This document shows positions 1 through 10,536 of a DNA stretch of 64,000 bases, one piece after another. The notes under the pieces were generated by a model that ran no database searches, was not told the origin of the DNA, and saw nothing but the letters and a program-made list of their open reading frames with translations. Both the position numbers and the translations under genes were made by a program. Position 1 is the first letter of the stretch, and every line of letters starts with the position of its first letter. Origin of the DNA: Patescibacteria group bacterium (GTDB taxonomy: Bacteria > Patescibacteriota > Microgenomatia > UBA8517); contig JBGSJG010000008.1 of the NCBI GenBank assembly GCA_041742135.1, forward strand, positions 232,964 through 296,963, given 5' to 3'.

Positions 1-2
1 TC

Positions 3-863
3 TCGCACGATTCTGATTTTCTAAATTGTTTTACTGATGGCGTTTTAAATCTCGATGTCCATACTCATAAAGTCGAGCAATTCGTGGGCAATTATTATGA
101 TGTTTTGGAGCAAATCGCTGCAAAGCTTGAACGCGACAGGCGCGAAAATGCCAGAGTGGAAAAAAGCATTAAAGACCGCTTTGAAAAAATTAACAAGCTT
201 GGTGGCAAAAGTATTGCCATGAGCCAACTCGCCCGCAAGATCAGAAGCGATATCGACGAGGATCGGGAGGGAATAGTAGAAATGCGCCGAGAAGATCGCA
301 CAATTGCGGATTTCACCATAGAAACACAGGAATATGTGGGCCATATAATTAAGATCAAAGAGCCAATTGATACTCTTTTGGTTAATGGTATGAGGCTTCA
401 GATCAAAGGCCCAAACGGTATCGGCAAAAGCACTCTTCTTCGCGCGTTTTTAAATGGCCAAAAAGCTGATATTAATCCGGAAGTTCGTGTGGGTTATTAC
501 AGTCAGGATTTTTCGGAGTTAGATTTTAATCAAACCGCTTTTGAGTCTTTGTTGTCCGTGTCCCTAACAGATAAGGTCCAAGATATTTATGAAGCCGGTG
601 CAAGGTTTTTACTTTCAGGGGACATACTAAATACTAAAATTTCAGATTTGTCCGAAGGGCAAAAGGGACTGCTTTGTTATGCAAGGCTTTATTTACAAAA
701 ACCCGGGCTATTAATTTTGGACGAGCCAACAAATCACATAAACTTTAGGCATATTCCCGTCATCACCAAAGCAATTAATGAATTTGAGGGTCCCGTAATA
801 TTCGTGAGCCATTTGGCAGATTTTTACGAGAAGATTGATGAAGTGCGGGTTTTGGAATTATAA
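3..863 (+). CDS. ABC-F family ATPase, C-terminal part (second ABC domain). The 5' end is cut by the window edge; the frame is open back to position 3.
   Basis: Walker A GPNGIGKST; ABC signature LSEGQKG; Walker B LLILDEP; charged coiled linker (EQIAAKLERDRRENARVEKSIKDRFEK) typical of the ABC-F inter-domain arm. No in-frame stop upstream of the annotated Met. Confidence 0.7.
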   Translation, partial: SHDSDFLNCFTDGVLNLDVHTHKVEQFVGNYYDVLEQIAAKLERDRRENARVEKSIKDRFEKINKLGGKSIAMSQLARKIRSDIDEDREGIVEMRREDRTIADFTIETQEYVGHIIKIKEPIDTLLVNGMRLQIKGPNGIGKSTLLRAFLNGQKADINPEVRVGYYSQDFSELDFNQTAFESLLSVSLTDKVQDIYEAGARFLLSGDILNTKISDLSEGQKGLLCYARLYLQKPGLLILDEPTNHINFRHIPVITKAINEFEGPVIFVSHLADFYEKIDEVRVLEL

Positions 864-1124
864 CTTCGCCAAAAAATCCAAAATTAATTTTGCCAAATCC
901 TTCGGCTTATCCGTAATTATAAAGTGATACGAAGGTAGGGAGGCAACCTCCACATTCGGTACAAATTTATATAAAGCCGTCCCCGCGAATGCTTCGATTT
1001 CAGCATCAAGTGTGCCATAAACCATCAAGGTCGGCACAGCAACTTTCTCTACCCATTTTTTGTAAGAATAGCTAAATAAATCTCGATAAAAAGCACCGGT
1101 GGATCTGACAGGCACATTTTGCAA
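858..1124 (-). pseudogene. alpha/beta-hydrolase-like C-terminal fragment (88 aa), probably a gene remnant
   Basis: The short ORF resembles only the C-terminal end of alpha/beta hydrolases. There is no room for a full fold because it overlaps the neighbouring ORFs on both sides. Confidence 0.25.
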
Positions 1125-1994
1125 AAAGGCTTTGGCGTTTTGAGAGACAGTTTGGTAGAGAAATATAACTTAAATTACAAACCGCATATTCATGTAGACT
1201 CGGTTATCGGATGGTCGTGGTTGACATTTAAAGATTACGACTTTGAAGCAAACCTTTTAGGTATCTCACCTGCAGCAATTCCATTATTGAAAAGGCAATA
1301 TGAAAAAATATCTCAAATAAATCTTGCTGATTCTTGGGGAGTTGACTTCCATAAAGGAGTGGGAGCTACACCTGCAGACAGCAGTATGATTATGGTTAAC
1401 AAGTTTGAAGATATTTCTTTACTATCCAAGAAAATTAGTTCAAAAACAGAAATACACCAATTAGCTCAAGAATTTAGTTCATTCTCTCCAGTTGACTATA
1501 CTTTAGAAACCACACGCGCTTCAGGAGCAGCTCTAGCCGCCCTGGTTTCACTAAAAGTTTTAGGTCTGAATGGAATAAGAAGAAATTTAGCCAATTTAGT
1601 CGAACAAACAATCAAGATGAGGCAACTTATCCAAAAAACAAAAGATATGTTTGTATTAAATGATCAATCGGATGGTTTTGTCACAATGGTTGGATTAATA
1701 CCCAGTTATGGGCACATTAAAGATGCTAATGAATGTTCAAAAGGTGAGCTCGAAGAAGACAATAGATATATAAATGAGTTTTTCAAATGGGACAAAAAGA
1801 CAAGGATTGACAAAGGAATTGGAGCTGAATACTCGGTTAGTAGTAGCTACATCAAAACTGCATGCGGGATAGGTGTTGCGGCTATTAAACTATACCCAAC
1901 CTCACCACATTTTAATGAAGAAAATTCTACTGATACTATAGAAACATTAATTAACCAAAAAAAATTGTTTGATGAAAAGATTTGGCAAAGATAG
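1119..1994 (+). pseudogene. group II PLP-dependent decarboxylase, C-terminal half only (fragment starting just before the PLP-lysine region)
   Basis: DSWGVDFHKGVGATP resembles the S-x-x-x-HK PLP-lysine region of group II decarboxylases (DDC/MfnA/GAD). The N-terminal ~200 aa of the fold are missing. Confidence 0.3.
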
Positions 1995-2558
1995 TTACTT
2001 TTCGAACTTTTTCTTGGCAATCTCATAATCTTCTGGTGTGTCAATTTCAATCCAATCCGTGTCTTTAATAGTTGGGATGGCTTTAGCATTTATTTTATTT
2101 TCTCCTACTCCAACACCCCACCATTTAACTTTATCTAAATCTTTGTAGATACTATGTAAGGTCTCTTTTGTTATTAACTCGCAAACATCAGCACCCACAC
2201 CTCTTTCCTTTGAATATTCGATTATACGTCCGTCTTCCAAAACTACTTTCATCGCTTCTGGATCTTTAAAATTAAAATCTACTAAAGACATGGAATCTCT
2301 TTGTTCTTTATAGGCATCAAGTAATGGTTTTAAAGCTCCTTCACTAAGAACTAAATCAGCATCGAGCATTAAACTGTCTTCAAAACCGATTGTGTTCAAA
2401 GCTACTTTCATAGAAAGGGCATTATCTGCCTTTGTATAATTAACATTATGGATTAAAGCAACATTCTCTAATTCTAGAAATTTTTCGGCATGATGGCCTA
2501 TAACTACATATATTGGTCCAACGCCATATTCCCTTAATTGTTTTATTAATCTTTTCAC
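1995..2558 (-). pseudogene. sugar-phosphate nucleotidyltransferase (LicC/MobA-like), N-terminally truncated; GTG start, GxGxR motif absent
   Basis: The core YVVIGHHAEKF...DADLVL resembles the NTP_transferase domain. The ORF begins ~25-30 aa into the fold and an in-frame stop lies immediately upstream. Confidence 0.4.
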
Positions 2559-2825
2559 GATTGGCTTGACGAGCGCGAGTTAACCAAAGAGCAGCTAAGT
2601 GTTACGTCAATTAAAGTTGAAGGTGTAGATAAAAGAGGAATTCTTTCTGACGTGTCTACTTGGGTTTCTGATTTTAAAGGAAACATTGTGGTGCTTGAGT
2701 CCAAATCACAAAACGGTAGATTTTCAATGCTTTTAGTTGTAAAAGGGATTTGCTCTGAAAATGAAGAATCCTTAAAGCAACACTTTGTTGATGATGAGAG
2801 ATTTGAGATTTGGAAGATTGTCTAG
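2550..2825 (+). pseudogene. RelA/SpoT-family C-terminal ACT-domain remnant; no start codon
   Basis: Manual translation gives ...ELTKEQLSVTSIKVEGVDKRGILSDVSTWVSDFKGNIVVLESKSQNGRFSMLLVVKG..., which matches the ACT domain at the C terminus of (p)ppGpp synthetases. The ORF opens right after a stop and has no Met. Confidence 0.4.
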
Positions 2826-2834
2826 TTTTTATAG

Positions 2835-3027
2835 CACCAAGTAATCACATTTTACATCGGGACATCGGTTCAAATTCGTTTTAGAATTTCAATACTAAAA
2901 AAACAAACAGATCGAACATCGACTAAACAGTTCGAATCCTATCGGGGTCGCTTGCCAGTTGATGTTCGAACTTGGATAAGTCTTAATCCCACAGATTTAA
3001 TCTCATTAAATTATGTTACTGCTTAAT
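2835..3027 (+). pseudogene. C-terminal fragment paralogous to the end of the 5678..6115 protein (..ESYRGRLPVDVRTWISLNPTDLISLNYVTA*)
   Basis: Manual translation. It shares the GRLPVDVRTWIS core; 25 nt are identical at the DNA level (tgccagttgatgttcgaacttggat). No start codon. Confidence 0.4.
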
Positions 3028-3072
3028 TTTAAACCCCTGAAATTTGATGGGGAATGATTTGAAGAATAGGTC

Positions 3073-4155
3073 TCAAACAGTAAAGAATTTTGCTGCGCTG
3101 TTGGAGAAAACATCGGATTTTGCTTGCTCTGCTAGTGTCGGCTCAGGATACAGCTGGCTGATCGCATCCCGAATTGCTGTAAGTGATTCCCAATGAATGT
3201 GCACAGCTCCTAAGGCTAAGTGTTTGTATCTTTCGTGATCATCTTTATCAACCCAATGAAAGGGATATTGTGTAACAACTCTTTGCCCTTTTGTGGGATG
3301 ATCATAGAGAACGAATCTGAGTAGGTTTAATGGCTCATCGGTTCCAAACATTATTCGCTTTGTGCCAAATGTACTGAAAGCAGTTTTAAATACTTCTTTA
3401 GAAGCAATCATTGATGTATCCATTGAAATGTTTGGGTATTGGGCTAATTCCGCGTATGTTTCTTCTAAGTTAGGCATTAAAACAGCTGCTAAGCCCATAT
3501 GAGCTAAGCTTATTTTTAAGTTTGGAAATGTTCTTGCCACTTCAATCAATTCGTCTTTACATTCGGTAACAATTTTTGGTAAATGTAAAATTATCGGTGT
3601 TTCAGTTTCTTCGCTTACTCTCAATATATCGGGAGGGAAGTATTGATAAATATTCTTTGCATGGGGATTAAACATTTGATGATACATTTTCAAAGCTTTG
3701 AATTGTTTTGTTCTTAACATCGAATTTGTATAGTCGGGATCATTTGGTATTCCACATAACACGACATTGTCTGGATCTGTTACATTTTTTATTAAATATT
3801 CGTTTGCGCTTTTAATATCTATGCCTCTAAAAGGGAAGGGGAACCGTAATCTACTTAGATTTTTTCCTTCAAACATTGCCCTTTTAGCTTTGTCTGAGTC
3901 TTCGAGACTAAATTGGAGAAAAGTACTATTTAACTGACCGTACATATGATCGTCAATCTCATATACATCTCTAGAAAGCCCACAATGCGTATGGCAGTCA
4001 ATCAAAGTATCTGGAAGCCATTCTTTAAATTCCTGAACTAAAGCTGTTTCTTTCTCTGTAAAAGATAACGAGTTTTCGACATATGTTACAAATGGAATAC
4101 CTCGAGTTCTTTCTGTCATTTTGGGATTGTACCATTTTGATAGGTCAGATAACAA
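3073..4155 (-). CDS. amidohydrolase-2 family (TIM-barrel metal-dependent hydrolase)
   Basis: IDCHTHCG metal-binding motif near the N terminus and FGTDEP near the C terminus, typical of PF04909-like amidohydrolases. Confidence 0.55.
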   Translation of the reverse strand: MLSDLSKWYNPKMTERTRGIPFVTYVENSLSFTEKETALVQEFKEWLPDTLIDCHTHCGLSRDVYEIDDHMYGQLNSTFLQFSLEDSDKAKRAMFEGKNLSRLRFPFPFRGIDIKSANEYLIKNVTDPDNVVLCGIPNDPDYTNSMLRTKQFKALKMYHQMFNPHAKNIYQYFPPDILRVSEETETPIILHLPKIVTECKDELIEVARTFPNLKISLAHMGLAAVLMPNLEETYAELAQYPNISMDTSMIASKEVFKTAFSTFGTKRIMFGTDEPLNLLRFVLYDHPTKGQRVVTQYPFHWVDKDDHERYKHLALGAVHIHWESLTAIRDAISQLYPEPTLAEQAKSDVFSNSAAKFFTV

Positions 4156-4340
4156 ATGAGGCCAAAATTACAATACTTATAATGACTCCACCAAGTCATT
4201 ACCTTATAATTTTGAGGAGATTGAGAAAGGGAGGATTATATCTTCGAAGTTTCCCGAGATCGGTTTCTAAAGTTTTAAGTGATAGAAGATGGTAAAATTC
4301 AAATAGTTGTATTAAAATTTGCAGATTCCGATATACTAGT

Positions 4341-5600
4341 ATGAAAAATAAAAGAATGAGAGAAAGAGAGATACTAAATCCGGCAGAGCTTGAACAGAGA
4401 GTTGACGAACTACTCACTAGAGGGGTTGTTGACGTGATTAATAGGGAGCACTTGAGAGAGAGGATGCTTTCTGGTGATGTTTTAAGAGTGAAGTTTGGTA
4501 TAGATCCGACTGGTCCAAATATTCATATTGGAAGAGGATCCACAATTAAAAAACTTAGGGAATTTCAAGATTTAGGCCATCAGGTTGTTTTGATAATTGG
4601 TGATGCTACGGCGCAAATAGGTGATGCTTCAGATAAAGAAAGTACAAGAAAAATGCTAAGTGCAGAGGAAGTAGCTTCGAACAAAGCAAAGTACTTAGAA
4701 CAAATTGGGAGAATTATAGATATCGATAAAACAGAAATCCACCACAATAGTGAATGGACAGATCAACTTACACCCAAAGACTGGATTCGCTTGGGAAGCC
4801 TTTTTACCTTGCAGCAGATAATACAACGAGACAATTTCGCTAAAAGAATAGCAAAAGATAATCCGGTCGGATTTCATGAAGCCATGTATTCTCTACTTCA
4901 AGGTTTTGATTCTGTGAACATAGAAGCAGATGTTGAAATAGGAGGCACCGACCAACTATTCAATTTACTTGCTGGAAGAAAAATACAAGAGCATTTTGGG
5001 CAAAAGCCTCAAGATGTTATGACACTGCAACTATTAGCTGGAACCGATGGAAGAAAGATGAGCACAAGCTGGGGTAATGTGATACTGGTCAACGAACCCC
5101 CAGAAGAGAAATATGGAAAAGTAATGAGAATAGCCGACCCACTTATACCAGTGTACCTAGAAAATGCAACATTAATGCCTATGGAGAAAGTGCGTGAGAT
5201 AAGAGTGGCACTAGAAGAAGGTACAGGAAATCCTATGGATTACAAAAAAGAGCTAGCATATGAGATAGTGAGTTTTTACGATGGGGAAGAGTTGGCAAAG
5301 CAAGCACAATCAAACTTTGAGCAGGTAGTCCAAAAACAGGAAGTTCCCAATGAGATGGCCGCTATAAAAGTTTCACACGAACTAAGCGTTACGGAATTGT
5401 TTGATGTTTTAAAAGGAGCTAACTTAGTTAAGAGTAAAGCAGACGCAAAGCGATTAATGGATCAAGGCGCAATCCAAATAGGAGATTCCAAATTAAAGGT
5501 CGATGATTTGAAGACCTTGGTTGATATGCCTCAAGATTCTGAAGGGATTGTTGTAAAAGTAGGTAAACGAAGATTTGTACGCTTAGTGGTTGGAGAATAA
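4341..5600 (+). CDS. tyrS: tyrosine--tRNA ligase
   Basis: GIDPTGPNIHIGRG (HIGH-type motif), LIIGDATAQIGDAS, KMSTS (KMSKS motif) and a C-terminal S4-like domain. Confidence 0.85.
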   Translation: MKNKRMREREILNPAELEQRVDELLTRGVVDVINREHLRERMLSGDVLRVKFGIDPTGPNIHIGRGSTIKKLREFQDLGHQVVLIIGDATAQIGDASDKESTRKMLSAEEVASNKAKYLEQIGRIIDIDKTEIHHNSEWTDQLTPKDWIRLGSLFTLQQIIQRDNFAKRIAKDNPVGFHEAMYSLLQGFDSVNIEADVEIGGTDQLFNLLAGRKIQEHFGQKPQDVMTLQLLAGTDGRKMSTSWGNVILVNEPPEEKYGKVMRIADPLIPVYLENATLMPMEKVREIRVALEEGTGNPMDYKKELAYEIVSFYDGEELAKQAQSNFEQVVQKQEVPNEMAAIKVSHELSVTELFDVLKGANLVKSKADAKRLMDQGAIQIGDSKLKVDDLKTLVDMPQDSEGIVVKVGKRRFVRLVVGE

Positions 5601-5677
5601 CCAAACTAATCTTCACACGACTCCTTATTAGAGGTAGCTAATTAGCTTAACTTTAATGTTTTGTATATAATTCTAGC

Positions 5678-6115
5678 ATGCAAAAATCTTTTTGGGATAT
5701 TGTAGGTGTCAGTTCTGAAATTCAGACTATTAACGAAGATTCTATTGTAGACGCTGTCCGTGTAGCTTTTATTAGTAATAAGCATAATTTTTATACAAGC
5801 TGTTGGTTTATCGACATTAAAGAAAAGTTTAGAATATTTAGATTTCATAATATTGCATACATTGCAAAGAAAATAAGTAATGAAAAAGCCGAGAAAGAGA
5901 TTAGTAGTTCTCTAAAGGCTTTCAATAAACTTGATGGTAAAGCAGTTGGAACAAAAACAATGAGGATAGTGGTTCCTAAAAAGATTACTTCTTCAAAGGA
6001 TAGCAATAAGTGTTTCCTGATATCAGAATATTTGGGTCGCCTGCCAGTTGATGTTCGAACTTGGATTAGTCGAAACCCAACAGGTCTAATTGGCTTAAAT
6101 TATATTGCTTTATGA
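5678..6115 (+). CDS. hypothetical protein; its C terminus (GRLPVDVRTWISRNPTGLIGLNYIAL) is duplicated as a fragment at 2835-3027
   Basis: ORF only; no recognisable motif. Confidence 0.35.
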   Translation: MQKSFWDIVGVSSEIQTINEDSIVDAVRVAFISNKHNFYTSCWFIDIKEKFRIFRFHNIAYIAKKISNEKAEKEISSSLKAFNKLDGKAVGTKTMRIVVPKKITSSKDSNKCFLISEYLGRLPVDVRTWISRNPTGLIGLNYIAL

Positions 6116-6164
6116 GTTGAGTTACACTATTTAGCTTTTGCTGAGATAGTATTATAATACCCCC

Positions 6165-6611
6165 ATGAGAGCACCTTACCAAGTACTTGTCTTTCCGTAT
6201 ATAAAGAAAGATCAAGGCATTAACTACTGCATCTTTAAACGCAAAGACATGAAAGTATGGCAGGCGGTTTCAGGTGGTGGAGAAGAAGGAGAAACACCAT
6301 TGGAAGCCGCTAAAAGAGAAGCAAAAGAGGAAGCAAATATTCCTACAAAAAATAGCTTCTTCCAATTAAGCTCAACTGCAAGTATCCCCGTTGAAGCAAT
6401 CCGCGGATTTTTGTGGGGAGAAGATGTTCTTGTTATCCCTGAATATACTTTTGGTGTTGAAGTTGATGACGAGAAGATTGGCTTGAAAGACGAGCATACT
6501 GAATATAAATGGGGGACATACGAAGAAATATCGGAAAAGCTGGAATGGGATAGCAACAAAACTGCATTGTGGGAACTTAATCACCGTCTAACCAAAAACA
6601 AGCTGCAATAA
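6165..6611 (+). CDS. NUDIX hydrolase
   Basis: Nudix box GGGEEGETPLEAAKREAKEEANI. Confidence 0.75.
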   Translation: MRAPYQVLVFPYIKKDQGINYCIFKRKDMKVWQAVSGGGEEGETPLEAAKREAKEEANIPTKNSFFQLSSTASIPVEAIRGFLWGEDVLVIPEYTFGVEVDDEKIGLKDEHTEYKWGTYEEISEKLEWDSNKTALWELNHRLTKNKLQ

Positions 6612-6637
6612 GTAACCAACATATCTGGGCGATACCC

Positions 6638-7081
6638 TTATAATTCAGCTTTTCGTTCAACGTCTGCAGAAAAAGCTTTTTCAGAAGCTTTTCTTAAGAA
6701 ATTTTCGCTATCTCTAGCGAAATCCAATCGCTCGAATTCAGAAGGATTAATAAACCTTATTTCTTGCCCCTCATTACAATTAATTTGTTGACATTCATCA
6801 TACCACGCCCAGAAAATAGTCCTTTCTACTTCTAAGTTTTCGCCAATCATATAATTATCTTTTAGTAGAAAGTACAAGTCTTTAGGTCTTATCACATAAT
6901 CTGTTTCCTCTAATAGTTCCCTTGTTCCAGTTGATATAAGATCCTTATCGATGCTTTCTTCCTTACCCCCACCAACTACTCCCCATTTATCAGGCTCAAG
7001 AATACTCGGAATATTATCCCTGTGTTGTGCTAGTACGGAGCCATCCGGCTTTATTAATATAACTGCAGCATACTGTATCAT
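6638..7081 (-). CDS. NUDIX-like hydrolase (degenerate Nudix box); convergent with the previous gene
   Basis: GGGKEESIDKDLISTGTRELLEETDY. Confidence 0.5.
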   Translation of the reverse strand: MIQYAAVILIKPDGSVLAQHRDNIPSILEPDKWGVVGGGKEESIDKDLISTGTRELLEETDYVIRPKDLYFLLKDNYMIGENLEVERTIFWAWYDECQQINCNEGQEIRFINPSEFERLDFARDSENFLRKASEKAFSADVERKAEL

Positions 7082-7168
7082 AAATAAGTATTATACCGTA
7101 AATAACACAATTGTGTCGTGAACAGGAGCTAAATTTTATTTTATTATAAAAACATATATACTATAGGA

Positions 7169-8362
7169 ATGGTTGAAAATCCTTTATCTGAATTTGCTAG
7201 AAAAGATATTCCAGGTGTCTTTAATGAAGTTAATGTTCTCAGGCAACATAAAACTCGTGTTGAACACGCTTTAAATAATGACACGATTTTGCCTCCGTAC
7301 GAAATTATAATTCACCCAGCTGCTGGTTGTAATCTTCATTGTGACTGGTGTATCGGCGGGAGAGTCCTTGAAGATCAGGATGGCGAATGGAGTGATTTGC
7401 TTCCGAGCGCCCTAGTAAATCCTGACAATATGGAAAGGTTAATAACGGGAGTGGTTAATTATAAGAAAGAAGGTTTCAGGGTTGAGAATGTCTCTTTTTC
7501 AGGTATAACAGGTGAACCTCTTGTAGCCAAACAATCATTTATAAGAGCAGTCGATATCCTTAAAAACGAGGACATCAGAGTTGGCCTTTTCAGCAACGCA
7601 GTTCTTATTGATGAAGAAACAATAGAAGCCCTCTTAAAAATAGATTATATAAGTATTAGTGTTGATGCCGGTACACCCGAGACTTATGCCAATTTGAAAT
7701 ATGGAGGGATGCCTCAGGGAAGAATACTGTTCGAACGCCTTGTCAGAAACATCGATAGTCTTGTTAAGGCTCGAAATGAATCTACGGATAGCAACTTGCA
7801 GGTTAACTCGTCTTTTGTATTATACCCTGACAACTATGATGAAATATACGAAGCTGCGAATCTTTTAAAAGGGTTAGGTGTGGGAACACTTCGGATGAAA
7901 CAAGATATATCTGGTAGAAAGTTGTTGTCTCAAGAACAAAAAGAGGAAGCAAGAATACTACTTGAAAGAGTTGACGGGCTTGTTGATGGTAACTTTGAAT
8001 TTGTAAAAATTCATCAACTCGGTAGACCTTCAGACATGCAACGACTTTTCCATAGGTGTGTAATTACGGACTTAATGGCCGCAATAGGCTCTGATGGTAA
8101 TGTTTATCCATGCAACTATAATGCAACGCTCGAAGGAGTTCCGTATGGTAATGCAATAGATAGTAGTTTTGAAGAAATTTGGGAAGGTGAAAAAAGAAAA
8201 CAAGTCAAAAATCAAATTCCAAGTATTTGCCCTCCATATTGCGATCCTTTCAAAACTCGAGCGAACAACCTATTGCAGGCAGTTAGTGACTCTCAAGAAG
8301 TGCATGGTATAGAAGAAACACAGGGGTACATTCAAGAAATAATAGATACAATTGATAAATAA
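7169..8362 (+). CDS. radical SAM enzyme with C-terminal SPASM/twitch-type Cys cluster
   Basis: CNLHCDWC (CX3CX2C) and a later Cys-rich segment CNYNA...ICPPYCDP. Confidence 0.8.
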   Translation: MVENPLSEFARKDIPGVFNEVNVLRQHKTRVEHALNNDTILPPYEIIIHPAAGCNLHCDWCIGGRVLEDQDGEWSDLLPSALVNPDNMERLITGVVNYKKEGFRVENVSFSGITGEPLVAKQSFIRAVDILKNEDIRVGLFSNAVLIDEETIEALLKIDYISISVDAGTPETYANLKYGGMPQGRILFERLVRNIDSLVKARNESTDSNLQVNSSFVLYPDNYDEIYEAANLLKGLGVGTLRMKQDISGRKLLSQEQKEEARILLERVDGLVDGNFEFVKIHQLGRPSDMQRLFHRCVITDLMAAIGSDGNVYPCNYNATLEGVPYGNAIDSSFEEIWEGEKRKQVKNQIPSICPPYCDPFKTRANNLLQAVSDSQEVHGIEETQGYIQEIIDTIDK

Positions 8363-8376
8363 TTCGAAAGAATAAG

Positions 8377-9546
8377 TTGGCGTACAAATATAATCAGAAA
8401 GATTTAATCTCGATTGGAGAACCGGCTCTTGGGACTGTTTACAACCAAGAGGAGATTGATGTTGTAAATAATGTGCTTAAGAAGTCTATGGATCCCAGTG
8501 TAGGCTTCTACGCGGCAGAAGAGACTTTGAAGTTTGAACATGAATTTTCCAAATTATGCAATTCTAAATATGCGATTGCGTTAAATGGGGCTGGTGGAGC
8601 GATAGATATTGTAATTAGATCTCTCAATATCAAAGACGGAGACGAAATAATTTCCTGTTCGATTAATTTTCCAGGGACACATTTATCAATAATTGGGAAT
8701 GGTGCAAAACTTGTTTTAGCTGAGCCTGATCCTCTTACACTCAACTTAGACCCAACAGATTTAAAGGGACGCTTGACAAAAAGGACCAAAGCGGTGGTTA
8801 TCACTTATATGAATGGTCTTGCAGCTGATATGGACTCAATTAATAGCGTCATTAATAGTTCTAAGTTGTTCGGAAAGGACAAGCCAAAAGTTATTGTTGA
8901 TGCTGCAAGAGCTCTTGGTACTACTTTCAAAAGACATCACATTGGTCCAGAAGCGTGGGCAACTGTATTTAGCTTTCAATCAAAGAAAACTCTATCAACC
9001 TTAGGTGAAGGCGGTATGGTAATTACCAACGACAGTGATTTAGAGCTTGCTTTGAGGCAATTTCGATCATTTGGTAAAAACGAAAATTGGGGTAGTAATT
9101 ATAAGATGACAAAAATTCAAGCTGCTGTAGGGTCAGTACAATTGAATAAATTACCAAAATTGGTAGACAAGAGGAGAAGATTGGCAGAACAAAGGAATCA
9201 GTTTTTTTCTAAAATCCCAGAAATCTCAATTCAACAAGATACCGAATATAGTAAGAACTCATATTATTTATATACTCTGATTTTACCTCCAAATCCAAAA
9301 GGCACTAAGCGCGATAAATTGATGCAGCATCTAAAAAATGGCTATGGAGTAGGTACTGTAGTAGGTAATCCGCCAACTTATAAGTCAAATAGCTTAATTA
9401 AAAAAAGAGTTATTGCGCAGCAGTTACCTATAGCAGAAGACCTCGGGGAAAGAATTATATGTGTGAGCATACATCCACTTTTAACTAAGAAAACTAATCT
9501 GTATGTTATTGATTCGTTTTTAAAAGCATATGAAAAGGCCTTCTGA
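8377..9546 (+). CDS. DegT/DnrJ/EryC1/StrS-family PLP-dependent (sugar) aminotransferase
   Basis: The fold is recognisable along the full length, with the Lys region FSFQSKKTLS and GEGGMVITND. Confidence 0.8.
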   Translation: MAYKYNQKDLISIGEPALGTVYNQEEIDVVNNVLKKSMDPSVGFYAAEETLKFEHEFSKLCNSKYAIALNGAGGAIDIVIRSLNIKDGDEIISCSINFPGTHLSIIGNGAKLVLAEPDPLTLNLDPTDLKGRLTKRTKAVVITYMNGLAADMDSINSVINSSKLFGKDKPKVIVDAARALGTTFKRHHIGPEAWATVFSFQSKKTLSTLGEGGMVITNDSDLELALRQFRSFGKNENWGSNYKMTKIQAAVGSVQLNKLPKLVDKRRRLAEQRNQFFSKIPEISIQQDTEYSKNSYYLYTLILPPNPKGTKRDKLMQHLKNGYGVGTVVGNPPTYKSNSLIKKRVIAQQLPIAEDLGERIICVSIHPLLTKKTNLYVIDSFLKAYEKAF

Positions 9547-10534
9547 CAAAAAATTAGATAAGATTTTAAAATTCCACTACCCTAATTTCAAAGAATATAC
9601 TTTCCAGAAAAAATTAGAAAAGAACGCATTCTTGGTTAAGTCTCAAAATAAGCAGTTCGTTTTAAAAAAATACGACCAAAAAATAACAAAAGAGAGGCTT
9701 CAATTTTTCGAAGAGTTGCAAAACATGACAAACGCTTATATGCAAATCTCACCTCAGGTTTTAAAGACCAAGGATGGAAATTTAAATGTACATAGAAATA
9801 GTTTTTATTATGATTTAACTGAGTTTGTAGAGGGTGAAATGATACAAAGAGAACAAGTGAAGAATATAAGCGAATTCTTTTACAAAATTGGATTATTTGT
9901 TGGCAAGTTGCATAAATCTTTTTCAGAAATTGAAAGTAAAGGCCAAATCACTATGAATTCGTTGTTGTATACAGCACCAGAAAGTCCAAAACACCTTGTG
10001 GATCTACTAGACTCTTATTACAAAGCTCAGATTGATGACAGCTGGAAAGAAATCATTAAAGAAAAAATAACTATAGTTAATTCATATACAGATCATTTAA
10101 AGGTATTTAACGCTTTGCCAAGGAAAATCGTTCATGGGGATTTGTATTTGAAAAACCTTTTGTTTGATAAATCACAGAAAATCATTGGGTTGATTGACTT
10201 TGTTCAGGCAGGTGTATTTTTCAGATGTTACGAAGTTATAAGAGCATTGATTCAAACTAATAAATTCTTTCAGAATACAGATATTGAGGCTCGATATATC
10301 AAACAATACCTAAAAGGATATCTTCAAGGTAATTCTTTAGATGAAAGTGAAATTCATAACATGCTCGATTTCTATATTTATGTCCAGGCTTCGGATACCG
10401 CCTTTTTAGATATTGAAACCATTGTAAATGGAGGTAAAGAAATCAATGAATATGCAAAATACAGATCTAATAGTCTACACGCACTTTTTAGAAATCGCCA
10501 TTTATTAAATGAAGTAATATACAAAGCTAAATAG
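9530..10534 (+). CDS. aminoglycoside-phosphotransferase/choline-kinase-fold kinase
   Basis: HGDLYLKNLLFD...IGLIDFVQAG (Brenner and DFG-like motifs). Overlaps the upstream gene by 17 nt, suggesting an operon. Confidence 0.6.
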   Translation: MKRPSDKKLDKILKFHYPNFKEYTFQKKLEKNAFLVKSQNKQFVLKKYDQKITKERLQFFEELQNMTNAYMQISPQVLKTKDGNLNVHRNSFYYDLTEFVEGEMIQREQVKNISEFFYKIGLFVGKLHKSFSEIESKGQITMNSLLYTAPESPKHLVDLLDSYYKAQIDDSWKEIIKEKITIVNSYTDHLKVFNALPRKIVHGDLYLKNLLFDKSQKIIGLIDFVQAGVFFRCYEVIRALIQTNKFFQNTDIEARYIKQYLKGYLQGNSLDESEIHNMLDFYIYVQASDTAFLDIETIVNGGKEINEYAKYRSNSLHALFRNRHLLNEVIYKAK

Positions 10535-10536
10535 AT

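Noticed and set aside
84-863. Treating the ABC-F ORF as another 3' fragment like its neighbours
   Set aside because: The reading frame is open to the window edge, so the truncation is probably just the window boundary.
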